Shown here: positions 1-13,361 of the stretch, piece after piece | Numbering within the stretch: position 1 is the stretch's first letter | Layout: every line of letters begins with the position of its first letter | Origin: Takakia lepidozioides | Lineage: Eukaryota > Plantae > Bryophyta | Direction: 5' to 3' | Length of the DNA: 64,000 nucleotides | NCBI GenBank assembly: GCA_030704615.1 | Contig: CM060731.1 | Coordinates: forward strand, 32,240,001 to 32,304,000 | Translations under genes and position numbers: made by a program | Notes under the pieces: generated by a model | Seen by the model: the letters and a program-made list of their open reading frames with translations, nothing else | Databases searched by the model: none | What the model was told of the DNA's origin: nothing

Positions 1-29
1 AAATGTATGAAAAAGCAATAAATATAAGC

Positions 30-2036
30 CTCGTACCAATGGCATGGCTGCTCCCCACTGTCTATACCGGAAGTGCCAAAACGCCAGCCAATCTTCCAAT
101 GCTCTCATACTCTCAAGTGATGCAGCTCCAGAAGAGAACCACCAGGCACGAATTGTCTGGAACAAAGTGTCCGCCTCCTTCATTGTTCTAGCATCTTTGT
201 ACTCTTTGCACAATTTACGGTGCTGAGTCTGCATCTCTGGTTTGATGTCCGACTTTGTATGTTTTTCCAGAGATTGTGTCCAATGGAATAGACATGTACG
301 CTCTCTTCCTCGCATTGGAACTTTTGGGTCGCCCGATCCGAAGACAATACGAACAGCATTGAAATTTGCTTGAGCACTATCCGCCATGAAACCTGCAAAA
401 TTTGGAGATGGCAGCCCATGACACGTATCAGGGAATTCCACATGAGCTTCTGGGATTCCGTATCCTCGGATTGCATGTCACAAACTGCAATTGTCATAAC
501 TCGTTGGTACACTGGATCGTAGACATGACAAGCCATTGTTGTCCAATCCTTCACTCGTTTCACATGATCAAACATAAGAAAACAGTTCTGCAAGTCCCAG
601 TCTTCTGCATCCGCTTCACGAGGCTAACCCCACTGCCCTCCCCAACAGTCGACATTTTGAAAAGAAAAACTTTGATGGCACCTTGACCTGGGAATACATT
701 GTCCTGGATGTAATCGTACTTGCTCACTCGTTTCAATTCCAAAATATTGTCTATGTAGCCTCTGATCCCAGAGCCCATTCTCAATGCATTGATCTGATGC
801 CGAATGTTCGGTGAACTTAAAGTGGAGAAATGATCCATGACCAAGTCCAATGCTGCACCGTCAAGTTTAGTCCCCACAGAATCCCCTTCACTCAAAATAT
901 GGCTTTCCAAGAAGGACTTGCTTGCGCCAAGAGCAATTGCAGATGTTGTTGCGGATGGGTTTCTCCGAACTCCTGTTTAATCAACCTCGATACTGTCTCA
1001 ACACTCTCCCTGTAATCCCCCTTCGAGACAGGATGGTTATGGAATCCGAAATGCACACAAGCTCTTGTCATTGTTTTCAAACGGTGGACAACATAGTACA
1101 TTCTTGCTCCGCAGAGCGCCAAGCAGGATGGCACAAGTTGCAGAATTTGCAGACGAAAGTGTTTGCCGGTGGAGGGGCAGTCCCAGGCTGAAATGGATTT
1201 TCCGCCAGACCCTCCCATTCGCTTTGATTATGAACCCCAGACTGAAGAAAGTGTCTGCAATTCAAATTATCACACCTAAGGTGTCCATTGCAAACTGTCC
1301 TCCTGAAAACAAGCTTGTCATCATTCTGAATATTGGATGTTTTTGTTCTGCACCACGGGTGTCCCGTCGTGTTTCTTGTCCATTCCATGCATCATGATTG
1401 TTACACCTCCAACGTGGAGGAGGAGGCAGCTCGAATAGGATATCGCCATCAAAAGTCTCCGGCAAGAACTTCACAGGCACCTGCTTCAAAGATTCCCAAT
1501 CAATTCCCCGCAACTCACTTTTGAATCCAGCCATTCCTCCCATCGCCCGCAATTTTGGAATGACACTACAAATCTCTTCTTCATCAGCTTCTCCAACCAC
1601 AGTAGGAAGGACTGGATTTGGAATTTCACTTATGTCATCATCGGAAGAATCCGAAAGCTCAACGATTGGAGTGGAGGACGTCTGTTCTTTTTTCACCACC
1701 ACCTCCCTCTTGTCTTCAACGACCGAAGCAGCAGTCCCGGGCGTCACATATTGACCCAAGGGACTTTCGCCGAGGCTCTCCAAGTACTCTGTATCGACCA
1801 GGACGCACCTCCCACTGGCTGATATGAGCCGTCTCATCACGGTTTTGGAAAGAGTATTTCAACAACTTCCCTTTAAGATCGTACACCTCTTTCTCCAAAA
1901 AGATGGAGCCATTCTGCAGCTGAAAACGGGTAGCCAAGACATGTTCCAGAACAATTGCAAATCCATTGTCAAGGACTTCCTGGGAGAACGGCACTGGTTT
2001 GTCGTCAGAGAAGAACTCCACTTCAGAGGAAGCCAT
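30..2036 (-). mobile_element. Degraded Mutator-like (MULE) DDE transposase with WRKY/GCM1-like zinc finger; frameshifted
   Basis: Minus-strand frames join into GHPWCRTKTSNI..FRRTVCNGHLRCDNLNC..CKFC..CGARMYYVVH..RACVHFGFHNHPV (GCM-like), then FDHVKRVKDWTTMACHVYD, FMADSAQANFNAVR and RERTCLFHW (CxxH). Several frameshifts. Confidence 0.6.
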
Positions 2037-2892
2037 CTTCCTTCCTCGCGTACGTTTGTACCTTGCTATCGCAGATTTAGTGTAAATCGGTTTACTGATG
2101 TCTCCAGAACACAGTTGAAGAATGAGCAGAGAATATGGCGGAGGAAGCTCAGACAACGACTGTGCATATTATGTTATTCTTTCCAGATATGCAGCCGTCC
2201 ATTTTAATTACTTTTCTTGTGGGCCCAGTGGTCAGAGTATCCCTAGGAGCAGTGTCGGCAGCTGTTAAACCGTTAACCAGAACCTCATCAATAAACCCAA
2301 TAACAAAGCCGACTTCCTGGAAGCATGCCACAGGATCTGAGGATGGGATTGCAGATTAAGTAAATGTATCTTTATACTACTACCATGATCATGCGCACCT
2401 GGAAAGTTCCAAATGTGAAACGAATGTGGGGTTTGGCTAACAAAGGATGACCGTGTATGATATTCCAAGATTTGTCATCAAACTCTCGTTCATTTACATT
2501 TATTTGTGTAAGACTGTGCGCCAAGATTTCTGGGATTCGCTGTTATTTTAAATATTGAAACCGTTCTAATAAAGAACACGCCGTTTATTTTGGGCGACAC
2601 ACGTCAGACATCCATAACTGAATACGAACAGCTGTACACCAATTGCTGGCATGTGCACTAATAAGGGAACGACTATGTGTAACGGTCACGCGAGAGGGAA
2701 TCCGATGCTTCTAGAGACACGCAAGAACGCAGGACAATCCCGCAAGAAATCGGGAGTCACTGCGTTTTTCTACTTTTCGCGCTTAGAGAGAGAGTGGTAG
2801 TCAAGCTGGAGAGGGTTCCTTCTACAATACGAAAGAGAAGAAAGTCTCTTTATTTTACTTCCCTTAGAGAGAGACGCAGAGCAAGAGAGCAA

Positions 2893-3105
2893 ATGACGAG
2901 GCGTCGTTTGTTGGAGAACACAGGGCCAAGGCAGCAGGTGAACGCGGAGACTGATTCAGAAGAGCAGACGGAGACTGAGGCAGCGGCTGTGACACAGTCG
3001 GCAATAAGAGTGCGCCAGCCTGTGGAGGCAGAGATGATTCGCAGGGACACTGAAGGAGGTGGAAGCACGCGGAACGCCGAACCGGAGAAGGTCCAGAAAC
3101 CCTAG
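2893..3105 (+). other. Charged low-complexity ORF divergent from the transposase; possible second TE ORF
   Basis: ATG at 2893 (MTRRRLLENTGP...), E/R-rich, no recognisable domain. Confidence 0.2.
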
Positions 3106-3361
3106 AGCAGACAGAATTCCAGCAGATGTGAGAGGGAAGAGGAAAGCTGCAGAAGGGGATCCAATTTCAAAACCTAAGAAGGCGCCAGTAAGTTTTATCA
3201 ACTTACATTTCATTGTTGAAGATATGCGTAGAGATTGAGTGGAATGTCCCAGACAGGGATTGTGTCGCTACCGACCATCACAAAGGTGATTTGATTTCTA
3301 CTCCTCTGCTAAGGGTTTACCGCACAATGAGTGGGGTGACTATTGTACAGTCATTCACTGT

Positions 3362-3577
3362 TGTTCAGATCATACAGTCTGTCTGATTGCCTTTCAAGGA
3401 GTCCTTCCTCTTCCCCTTCTTTAGCAGGAACTACTGAATTGCGAGCGTCGTTAACGCCATTCGATTCTCCTCATGAGATTTATGTACCTATGTGTTTGAA
3501 GAGAGAGTGAGGGTCGACATACGTCAATCATCGTATGTTCAGACCATACAGTCTGTTTGATTGCCTTTCAAGCAGTC
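3362..3577. repeat. Two 42-bp direct repeats (3362-3403, 3536-3577) abutting the gap
   Basis: tgttcaga(t/c)catacagtctgt(c/t)tgattgcctttcaag(g/c)agtc, 3 mismatches. Confidence 0.85.
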
Positions 3578-4077
3578 NNNNNNNNNNNNNNNNNNNNNNN
3601 NNNNNNNNNNNNNNNNNNNNNNNNNNNNNNNNNNNNNNNNNNNNNNNNNNNNNNNNNNNNNNNNNNNNNNNNNNNNNNNNNNNNNNNNNNNNNNNNNNNN
3701 NNNNNNNNNNNNNNNNNNNNNNNNNNNNNNNNNNNNNNNNNNNNNNNNNNNNNNNNNNNNNNNNNNNNNNNNNNNNNNNNNNNNNNNNNNNNNNNNNNNN
3801 NNNNNNNNNNNNNNNNNNNNNNNNNNNNNNNNNNNNNNNNNNNNNNNNNNNNNNNNNNNNNNNNNNNNNNNNNNNNNNNNNNNNNNNNNNNNNNNNNNNN
3901 NNNNNNNNNNNNNNNNNNNNNNNNNNNNNNNNNNNNNNNNNNNNNNNNNNNNNNNNNNNNNNNNNNNNNNNNNNNNNNNNNNNNNNNNNNNNNNNNNNNN
4001 NNNNNNNNNNNNNNNNNNNNNNNNNNNNNNNNNNNNNNNNNNNNNNNNNNNNNNNNNNNNNNNNNNNNNNNNNNNNN
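3578..4077. other. Assembly gap (500 N)
   Basis: Run of N. Confidence 1.
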
Positions 4078-4316
4078 GCACTCATACACAAACACACAAG
4101 AGCCTTCGGCGATCTGAGCCAGGTAGTTGGCACTCATACTGATACATATGGCGTGTCAGCTGAGACATCTCAGAGGCAACAAGGCTTGTCATCATCATCG
4201 CGGAGTCATCGGAGCCCAGCCCACGCAAGGAGGGCAAAACCGTTGTCTCCCTCAAGCATTTTTTTGTAGTTTCCTATGCTTTGCAACGGGAGAAATTTAT
4301 TTCCGGCTAAAAGATA

Positions 4317-4362
4317 GTCCCATATCGATTGCCCAAGTTTGTGATCCAGCTCAGTATATAAA
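4317..4362 (+). promoter_or_regulatory. Plant snRNA promoter: USE plus TATA box
   Basis: GTCCCATATCG (4317-4327; consensus RTCCCACATCG) and TATATAAA (4355-4362, about -31 from the U2 start). Confidence 0.85.
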
Positions 4363-4385
4363 CTGCCGAGCTGGGCAGCAGTATT

Positions 4386-4580
4386 ATACCTTTCTCGGCC
4401 TTTTGGCTAAGATCAAGTGTAGTATCTGTTCTTATCAGTTTAATATCTGATACGAGGCTCATCGAGTCTCATGATATTAATCTAATTTTTCTCGGGTGCG
4501 GGCCCATCCGGCAGCTTGCTGCCCGGGCCCGCGCGTGTCGCCTTGGTATTGCACTACCTCCTTGGCCGGCGCAACCCTCC
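4386..4580 (+). ncRNA. U2: U2 spliceosomal snRNA
   Basis: ATACCTTTCTCGGCCTTTTGGCTAAGATCAAGTGTAGTATCTGTTCTTATCAGTTTAATATCTGATA (includes the GTAGTA branch-site recognition sequence), U-rich Sm site, stem-loop III, and stem-loop IV with an ATTGCAC loop. Confidence 0.97.
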
Positions 4581-6179
4581 CCACACGGGGACCCTAATAC
4601 TGTAAGTCGGAAACTACTGATCCACCTCTGCTACGCCTGAACTAATCACTCTTACTCGACGAATGTGATTCACTAAGGGTCGCAAGCCCAATGTACAATC
4701 AACAAATATTACTCAAAAACAATTCACGCACCTGACGTATCATTGTTGTACCGAGATCAAAACCGGACCGATTTTGGAGGCCCTGCATAATAGTAGGAAA
4801 TAGAGCACTCAGATTGGTGTTGAGATGGAGTTCAACCCAACTTCATCAGTGCATGTTTACTTGCTAAGATTATATGTTTTGTCTTAGGCCCCGGCCGCAC
4901 TACGCGAAGCTATGTCAGGTTTAGCCCTCACTACAACCATTCAGCTGCCATATTACAGTATTTAGCCATGGCTAAGATTTGCTACCTACCACACCTATTT
5001 GTCCTGCCTTTTAGCCCCTAAACCCTCCCCCACACATATTAAATTTAGCCCAAGTGGGCAGGAGGAGGAAATTTCAAAAGCTCCTTGTTGTATCTCCTCC
5101 TCCTCGCTCATCCCCTCGACGAGAACATGAAGCCTCCAGATGCTTGACAGGTTGTGACGAGGAAGACCTGATTTCAGTATGGCATATTTTTGTTTTTGGT
5201 ACAAAGGGAGTTTGCATCGGCTTGAATTAAGTTGGGTTTCTTGTGATGCATACCAACAAGTATGTGAGGCTCTTTAACAATGGTGGTTATGGGAAGTGAT
5301 GAGGCGGCTTGGAAAAGTTTGGGAGACACAAATACAATTTTTACTTGTCTTCTTTGATTCATTATTGGCGGGCCTCTGCAAGTTGGCCTAATAAGTTGAA
5401 TCTACCTAACTGTCAGATTAATCTATCGATCTTTATGATGCAGCAATTAACCAAGGTGTGTAATTTTTATTAAAATCGCATTTCGAGCCCGCCCAGAAAG
5501 AAGTGGCAATGGGGCTCTACAACAAACTATAGCAACGACCCCAACTTGGTTATGCTCAAGTTCAAACTTTAATTTGTCATATTGCTAAGCTGAAGAATTT
5601 TCTGAAGCAATTTGGATGAAGGACAAATGTAATTCATATCGAAACTGTTCAGTCCCACTGCTGAAGCTAGCCTTCATTTTTTGTGAACAAGAAATCAAGA
5701 CTTCAAGAAATCATGTGACAACTTTCAATGAGTGTTAATTCACATTTGACATGCATATCTTGGTGAGCTATGAACTAGAGGAATTATCGGTAGTTTAAAG
5801 TCTTTATTAGCAATCGATAAGGTAGACGATGAGGTAGGTACCTGTATAAATCACCTCTCACTAATCGTGATACCTACTGTTTCAACGTTTCTTAGAGATT
5901 GTTAAATCTCTACATGGTAGTAGAGTTGTTAGGTTCAGATTTCCAATACCTTTAGCTAACACAAGAATAGTCACTGTTTGCTTTCAATTATTTCTACGAC
6001 GCTTCTCAATGAGTTCAGAAGGAGCTGAAATAGTGAGCGAACTAGATATAGAAGAAGACAATCTGAGAGATAAAAAAAGAACCAGTCTAGTAGTATCCGT
6101 TTTTCAAAGATGTCAAACACAACGACACGAAGTTGAATGAGAATGAAAAAGCTAGCAGGAGCGTTTGCCTACATCTCAG

Positions 6180-6640
6180 AATAGAGATTTGGAATCAGGA
6201 ACGTCCTAATGCGAGAGATATTATGGCACTTAATTGTGCATAACCTAGGTCGGGACATGGAGGAGGAGACGCAACAGAAACTACAAGCTTTAACCATCAT
6301 CAATCTAGCGGTAAAAAATGAGATCATTTTGTATATTCAAGACATAAAAGATCATGAAGGCTCCAACATGAATGAAGTCTAGTTCATGGTAAAGGATCTA
6401 ATGGTTCAAGTGGTTGGGTCTAGTGAGACTATCTATGAAGATGAAATTATACTAATTGTTTTAAAATGCTCTACCAGAAAGTTATGAAGCATGTCAATGT
6501 GCAAGGTGTTGCTTCACAAGACGTCTTATCAAGTTTTGACAAACTCACGAGTACTTAGCTCGGGCAAGAATCTCACAGGAGAAAGCTCAAATGAGTCAAG
6601 CAAGCAGATGATGAAGTCTTGCTGATGAAGTTCAAAGAAA
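6180..6640 (+). mobile_element. Degraded Ty1/copia gag (UBN2-like) relic
   Basis: Translatable pieces KLQALTIINLAVKNEIILYIQDIKD and VKDLMVQVVG..EDEIILIVL/NALPESYE, with stops and frameshifts. Confidence 0.55.
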
Positions 6641-9600
6641 AGCTGATGAGGAAAAAAGACAACTTTGGCTCCAAACATAAGAAGCGATAGAAGCGACCTA
6701 ATAAATGTTATATACCTATGGGGAGTTTGGACATTGGTCGAGACTAGACAAATGATTGCTACATCCATTTCAGTTCTTCTAGCAATTTGTAAAATGATAG
6801 AGCTCTTGTTTGAAGATCACATTAGTTTCGTTTACATAAGATTCCAAAATGTTTTTGTAGGCCTTTGAATCTGCTTTCCAACTTCTGAATTTTATAAATC
6901 TTGGAAATTCTTTCTTTGTAGATGTGGCAATCGCCCGGGGAAATCACTTCCATTTTTTTCCAAACAGCGTGCAAAAAAATATAGGGTTACATATATTCTT
7001 TGAAGATAAAATTTATAATATTTTTAGAAATAAAATTGGGTGTCTTTATTTGTAGATACGGTATTTAAATAAAAATAGGGTCATGAATATGCTCCAATTA
7101 TATTTTTTTTAGAAAATATAGGGGTGCTACAATGGCGAGAGACCTATGTCGTTCATTCTATGGTATGTTTGTATTGAGACTTCATAAATGACTAGTTAGA
7201 CCTGGATGATGAGACTTGGACATGGCTTGGATGAGATGACTTGGTTTAGGAGGATACGTTTTGGTTTAGGGTTGTTTTATTTTCTTCTCCGACGCAAGAG
7301 TTCTGCTACTCTAGTTGCTGACCTCATTGTGTTGCTAGAAGCTCCGGTTTCTTCACTTGCTGTAAGGTATCTCGCTATCTCACATGAGGAATATTTTTTC
7401 ACTACACTTAAGATATGCAACAGTTTTCTTCATTCGTTTGATAGATGCATTAGAGCATTGAACAATAAAATATTTTGCACTCTAAGAAAAAATTGTTTTA
7501 TTTTCATGTTACTGTAGGGTGTCAAATATTTGATGATTACAGTCAAATAAAAAAAAATAGCCTGCCAGATAATTATGCATATTACAAAATTAAATAATTA
7601 TAGGGTGGATGAAAAGAGGGAACAAAAAAGTAATACCCCCATAGAAAATACCTCTTTATCGCACGCGATTCCCTAAACTATATAAGGAGTGACTTCCCCA
7701 AGGGCAATCGTGACAAGAAGATTGATACCACGGCATGTTAACTTGTGAAGTTAACATTATGATTTGTGCGGATCTTGCAGTCCAGCTTGCCTAAAAGTGA
7801 TCTTGGGAGGAAAAGATAGGTTCTTGAACTTGTTGTCATAGGCTCTCGTTACTCTTGCAAGGAAAGGTAAAAGCAAGTGAAGTTTTATGTACAAGCTTAT
7901 TTGCGCATATGTAGGCTAGATAACTTTTGGTATGCATAATCGAGTATCTGTCTTTGAGCTAGTACAAATTAACATGATTTCAAATGAGGAACTATTACTA
8001 CAACAGATCCCGGCTTTAACGTCTACCACATTTGCCTAGTCGTAGCATATATGTCTACAAAATGCAAGGGGGCAGTCCTGGTTGCCATTTGTGACCACCA
8101 GAAGTCGTATATGCCACCTTGTACCTCCGCCACGTCAGGATCTGCGGTCAAACACGTTTGACTAGATAGGGGAAGATGGTAGATACGACTAGGAGTCATG
8201 GCCAAAACTGCAACAAGATGACGTGGGCATGGGAATGTATGACTGCCAGTATTCACAACTGCACGTGGCGATTGCCGGTTGCCCAAGGAGTGTCTACGTG
8301 GACGATGCAAACATAAATGGATGAAACAGATGCAGGATGTGATTGCAAATGACGACGTGTCAATCTATCATTGCTCGCAGGGTTGGACATTCAAGTGCAT
8401 TGGATGCAAGTGCATCTAACGGCTGCACACGATGCATGTTACTAACGCGTGGGCTTGGTGGAGAACAGAGACAAGTCCCGAACATGCGTATGAGAGGCGA
8501 CCATGTAGGTTCTATGATGGTTGAAGCGGTGCACTGCATTTTTTCGAAAATCGGCAAGACAAAGGCAAAGACAAAGGCTTGAGAGAAGATGAAACAATGC
8601 ATTCAGTGGATACGCACCCTGGTGCAAAACACCGGCTACTCATTCACATTCACAGTGATGCAAAATATGTGTAGACAAAAAGACCCAGCGGGTAGTTCAG
8701 GGCACCCAAAAACGAGTGGCGTTCGCTATACCGCAATCTGCAAATGCACTGGCCTACTCAGAATCATGGCACATTGTGTACGCAATGACTCTGAGTAAAT
8801 TCACCTATGCATTTGATCCTCTTAGTGGTCTCCATCATATGTAAGGTTTTAGAGATTCAGTCTTCAACGTACATGCGGAAGAAGCATGTACGCATCAAAG
8901 TTGGAAAAAGTCAGTAGCTAGAGAAACAAAATACATCTCTTAATGTCAACGATTCACCCAATGCTACTCCTTCGACCAAGTGCATCCTAATTTCTATCGA
9001 AGACTGCTATCCTAGTTGCAAGTGCTGGGATAGGAGATTACATGATGCCTTCACACACAATAGCAGCAACAAACTTCATGACTGACATCCTGTCACAACT
9101 CCTCTACAGGGAGAACCCAATTGGACAGGGAAGCTTTAGTGATATGGTACCACGCCGCGTAGCCATATAGGTAGGGGTACCGACGCCCACAGGCGTCCAG
9201 CCTTTTGTTGCAAGCAGATAGGCAGAAAAATTGAGGCACGGCCTCCCTTCTATGAATGTTGTTGGTTCCAAGCCAGTGAAGCACAATTGTTTCCTCTTCC
9301 GCATGACGGCTAATTTGTTGTGCTTCTGCCTGCTCTGCAGCATACTGAATTGTCTGCTCCCTCCGAAGGCGCTCCATGTTGCGGTGCCATTGAGCTGTGT
9401 GTGTAGTTCTCCTGAAGCGGGATCGCATGGTAGTCGTGTGATGATGGGGCGAGTTGGCCCACAACGATGACCACATCAAATGCGTTGATCGCATGCTAAC
9501 CGTGTGATGCAAGGGCGACTTGCCAAACGACGAAATGAATAGGGACGACGTAGACACTGCAAAGAAGAAAGAGCGATGAAGAGCGAGCAAGAGCAAACAG

Positions 9601-9861
9601 AATGAAAGGCAAGTGGAGCGAAGTGGAGATATAATCTGCGCTCCCGCCAACTTGCTTCCCGCCAAATTCTAATGCAGTGACAAAACGGGGGCACCGTTGC
9701 GAGCCTGACTATCAATGCATCATCAAACTGCCATGGACTGCAAGTTTAAGGGGGTGAGAAACACAAGGGAAACAATTCCGAGTCAGGCTAACCGTCTGCC
9801 AGCCTTCCTGACAAGGCAAACTGACCACTTTGCATGTCCACGATTCTGTGTTTAGGCCACA

Positions 9862-11220
9862 GATTGTACTCATAAGACGTTGTTTGCCGTAGCCTTGTTG
9901 CCATTGACCCCCCGCCCAGTTTGAGCGGGAACAAAAGGGATAGAACCTACCTCTGTCAGGGGCTGACATTGGTAGTAAGACTTACCTTCATATATAGAAT
10001 TAATCCAGGTTTTCCAGATATCCTCTAGAAATCCCTTCACACAAGCATCAATCTGCTGTGTGTGATTTGCCCAAAAACTAGGCCTCAGGAGGGCCTGGGC
10101 TTTTGGCTCAGCCTCAAGACTTTCAAAGTGGGTAAACAGGGGTACAGGCACAATTCCCTTGATAGATTTGAAGAGATCGTCTCTTTGGTGAGAGAACCCC
10201 GGACAGTGTATCAGAAAATGAATATTGTCTTTAGGTTGCCCACACAACGGGCAATTGCACTCTCCCTTTCCTCTCTGCTTCTGTTTGCTGTTCAAAGGTA
10301 GGCTTCCTGCCCTGAGTTTAAATTTCAGTCTAGTGCCGAGAGTGGGTAGACCCTTGAGGTCATCCAAGATGTCCTCCCCCATGTCACTGACTGGAAACAA
10401 GTTCAGGGAAGTTTTCTGCCTAACTTCATTTTCATCAGACAATCTCATGGCAACAGACATGGCTTTGGACACTACAGCCTCTAAGTCAGATTTATCCAGC
10501 AGGGTCAAGACTTGCGGATCCAGGTCTAGGTCCTTGAGAATCTCTTCTACTCTCTTCTGCCAGGACTTAGCCTGTTTGACAGGGCGGTCTTGTTTCCAAG
10601 ATATAGAGTCGATTAACTTAGGATATCTGGTGTTGGGCATATGTTGCAGCTGACCCCACCATCTGACCTTCAATTCATCTCGTCGGGAGCTTAAGAACGG
10701 AATGCCAAACTCACCCCGAACAGCCACATTAGCTGTTTTGGAGCATTCTGACATACACCCCTTAAGCACCCCCACTTGAATGGATTCTAGAGACTTAGCC
10801 TGGTTGGAGTTATCAACCCATATTGCAGATCCGTACTCCAAGGCAGGTCTAATAACGCGACAAAACATGGTTTTCTTAACCTCAGAATTGACCCCTCTGT
10901 AGTGGAAAAATTCGGTGAGCCCCAGAGCTTTGCCCTTGCCAATTTGAACAACTTTCCGGATATGTGCATCCCAATTACAATTGGAGGAAAACTCAGCGCC
11001 CAGGTAAGTATAGGAAGGGAGGACCGGGATCTCTTGGCTATCCCACTGCCACTTAAGATCACTTCCTCCCTCTCCTTTGTCGTTGAATGCTACCACTGCA
11101 CATTTGCTGACATTAGCCTCTAGCCCCCAAAGATCAAAGTATCTCTTTGCGCAATCAATCAATTCCTGGACATTGGTTGGAGTCTTCCCTATGCCTGCGA
11201 TTTGCAGCACTCATAAGGGT
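9862..11220 (-). mobile_element. 5'-truncated LINE (family A) with 13-bp target-site duplication
   Basis: Highly similar to 28250-29552; RT C-terminus plus CPLC..H..C knuckle; TSD TGTTTAGGCCACA at 9849-9861 and 11221-11233. Confidence 0.93.
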
Positions 11221-11874
11221 TGTTTAGGCCACAAAAAAGGCTACTGGTTACAAGCCTAACGCTGGATTACAGCCAGTGTTCGCCATGGGTATGACTTGTG
11301 CACAAAGGCGAATTACGACTATGTGAGTGTAGCATGCATGATGCAACAAAGTAAGAAATTGCAGATTGCTTCTTGTGAAAATTGAAGTGGAGTGGGTACT
11401 TTTGCAAAGCCTCCATACTGGTGGCATCGTGACATGGAAACATCATCCGACAAAAATGAGGGGAATGGGTAAGGGTTCTTCTCAGCAATAGCACAAAAAT
11501 AGCACAAGCTGTGGTGGTGGCTCTGCCAGAAGTTCAAACCAGCATTAACAGTCATGGTAATGGCGTGCTAGTCATAGTGCAGCCTGCAAGAAATCTTAGT
11601 CCCTCTACACTACATGTCAACTTCACTACCACCCATGGACCTCTTGAAATCTGGATAGCAGTGAACAAGCATGCTGCCCTAAAAGCATTACACATCGACA
11701 TCCGGCAGCTCGTCCTCGCTGTTATCTTCTTCCTCATCGGTTCTGTCATTCTCCACCACAATGGGGGCCTTGTTGCGCACATCCATGTATGTGAGGCAAG
11801 AACTTCGGGAGTCACTTCAATTGTCTGGCCCAAATGGCTGCCTGCAACATGTGTCTCTTTGACTCGTTCAGGGG

Positions 11875-13361
11875 CTAAGAGGCCTTCCACACTACGAAGA
11901 TCATCGTTACCAATTGACACATCACAAACCACCCGAGAAGATCTGGGGCTTTCTCAAGGACCACATTCCACCGAGTTTCCTGAACACAAGTGCTGAAAAA
12001 TACCTGCTCCACTTGTGACGGCAGCACGAATGGCTGCTCTTGTGGAGCCAACATTTGGAAGAAATTCACCAATGTGAACCCACAATCATCCTGCTTCATG
12101 GATGCAGGTTGATTGTGGCTCCCCTTCTTTGCCCGAACCCACGAACACAACATCACAATGGGCCTTGTCTTCCCATAGTCAATTTCCAGTATCTCTCTAA
12201 TGACACCCACGTATCGCAGGCTTTCTACCACCTCCTCTCCTGCACTGTTTGTAGATACATGGTGGAAAACAGATGACACCCCTGAGTCATATGACACTCT
12301 ACTTGTGCCAATATTGGTTGAAGACACCTTGTAGTGGTTTCCATAAGCTGACATGCTATTGTATGAAGTTGCAATGATCGAGGGAGGCCTGGACAAGTCC
12401 AACATTTGGCAATACATGGGATTAGATTCGGAATTGGGAATCCTTGCCACATGTGAGCGCACAGCGTCAACTAGCCAGTCTGCATATTTGGGAGGAAGAG
12501 CCAAGTCAGGTGGGTACTCATAGTCCTCCCCGTGAGCTGCCCTCCCTTCAGCACGTTCTTCCTGCAGAAACAACCAGCGACTTGCCTCCACATGTGCTCG
12601 AATTGTTTCATACATCCTAACATATATGAATGTGTCCCTCCCATGAGAACCAACACGTGCACATAATGCAATTACATGACACCAACAACTACAAACAGGC
12701 ATAAATATCAACAATGAACTGTTGCATTGTCACCTTCGTTAATGAGCTTCTCACTTACTCGAACATGGTGCGCATGCTAGGATAGTTTTCAATGATATAC
12801 TGGTGGAGAACTGTACACAGTTCTGCCGTGAATTTGCGGGGTTTCCCTGCTCCTTTCAACACGCAGCCAGACACGGATTCCTCCTCTCATGCATCCCACA
12901 CTCTCCGTCTAGTAGCATAAAAACTGGCCATGTACTCTGTGCAAAAGTCAAGAGCCTCCTCAAACATGTAGCCCTCGGCCATACTACCTTCGGGCTTTCC
13001 CATGTTGCAAACGTACCCTTTGAAATCCTTCATTTCCCGCTCCACAGGGTACATCCACCGGGAGGTCACAGGGCCACACAAATCCAGAAAATGGGACCCC
13101 ATCTTGAGCAGAGACATCCAGTCAAAAGTGTGTGTGGAGTAAGTATGGAGTGTATACCAGAACTGTAGGGTACCTCAGGTTCGGGTCCTTGCGATGCAAG
13201 AGGAGGTGATTTTTTATTGTCTTGCGTAGTTGCCACTTGCCACCATGGCACTCTGAGCAACTACACAACATTTTCTTCAGGTTGTTTGCTGTGGCGTAGG
13301 CGTCCTCAAACCTCCACAGGTTGTGGTCTCGCAAACTCATTCTCCGCCTATCCCCTGTCAC
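11875..13361 (-). pseudogene. CACTA TNP2 transposase fragments
   Basis: ORFs 11875-12714, 12887-13117 and 13122-13361 carry DUF4216-like, DUF4218-like and transposase-associated motifs. Confidence 0.85.

Noticed and set aside
3362-3577. CRISPR-like repeat-spacer-repeat
   Set aside because: Only two units, a 132-bp spacer, eukaryotic context and no cas genes.
3528-4269. Long ORFs made of X residues
   Set aside because: Artefacts of the N gap.
7700-7900. Possible copia RNase H remnant
   Set aside because: Motifs too degraded to support.
11201-11225. Template jump copying the LINE 3' end at the 5' junction
   Set aside because: cccttatg also matches the element's own sequence just before FADD, so collinear origin is simpler.
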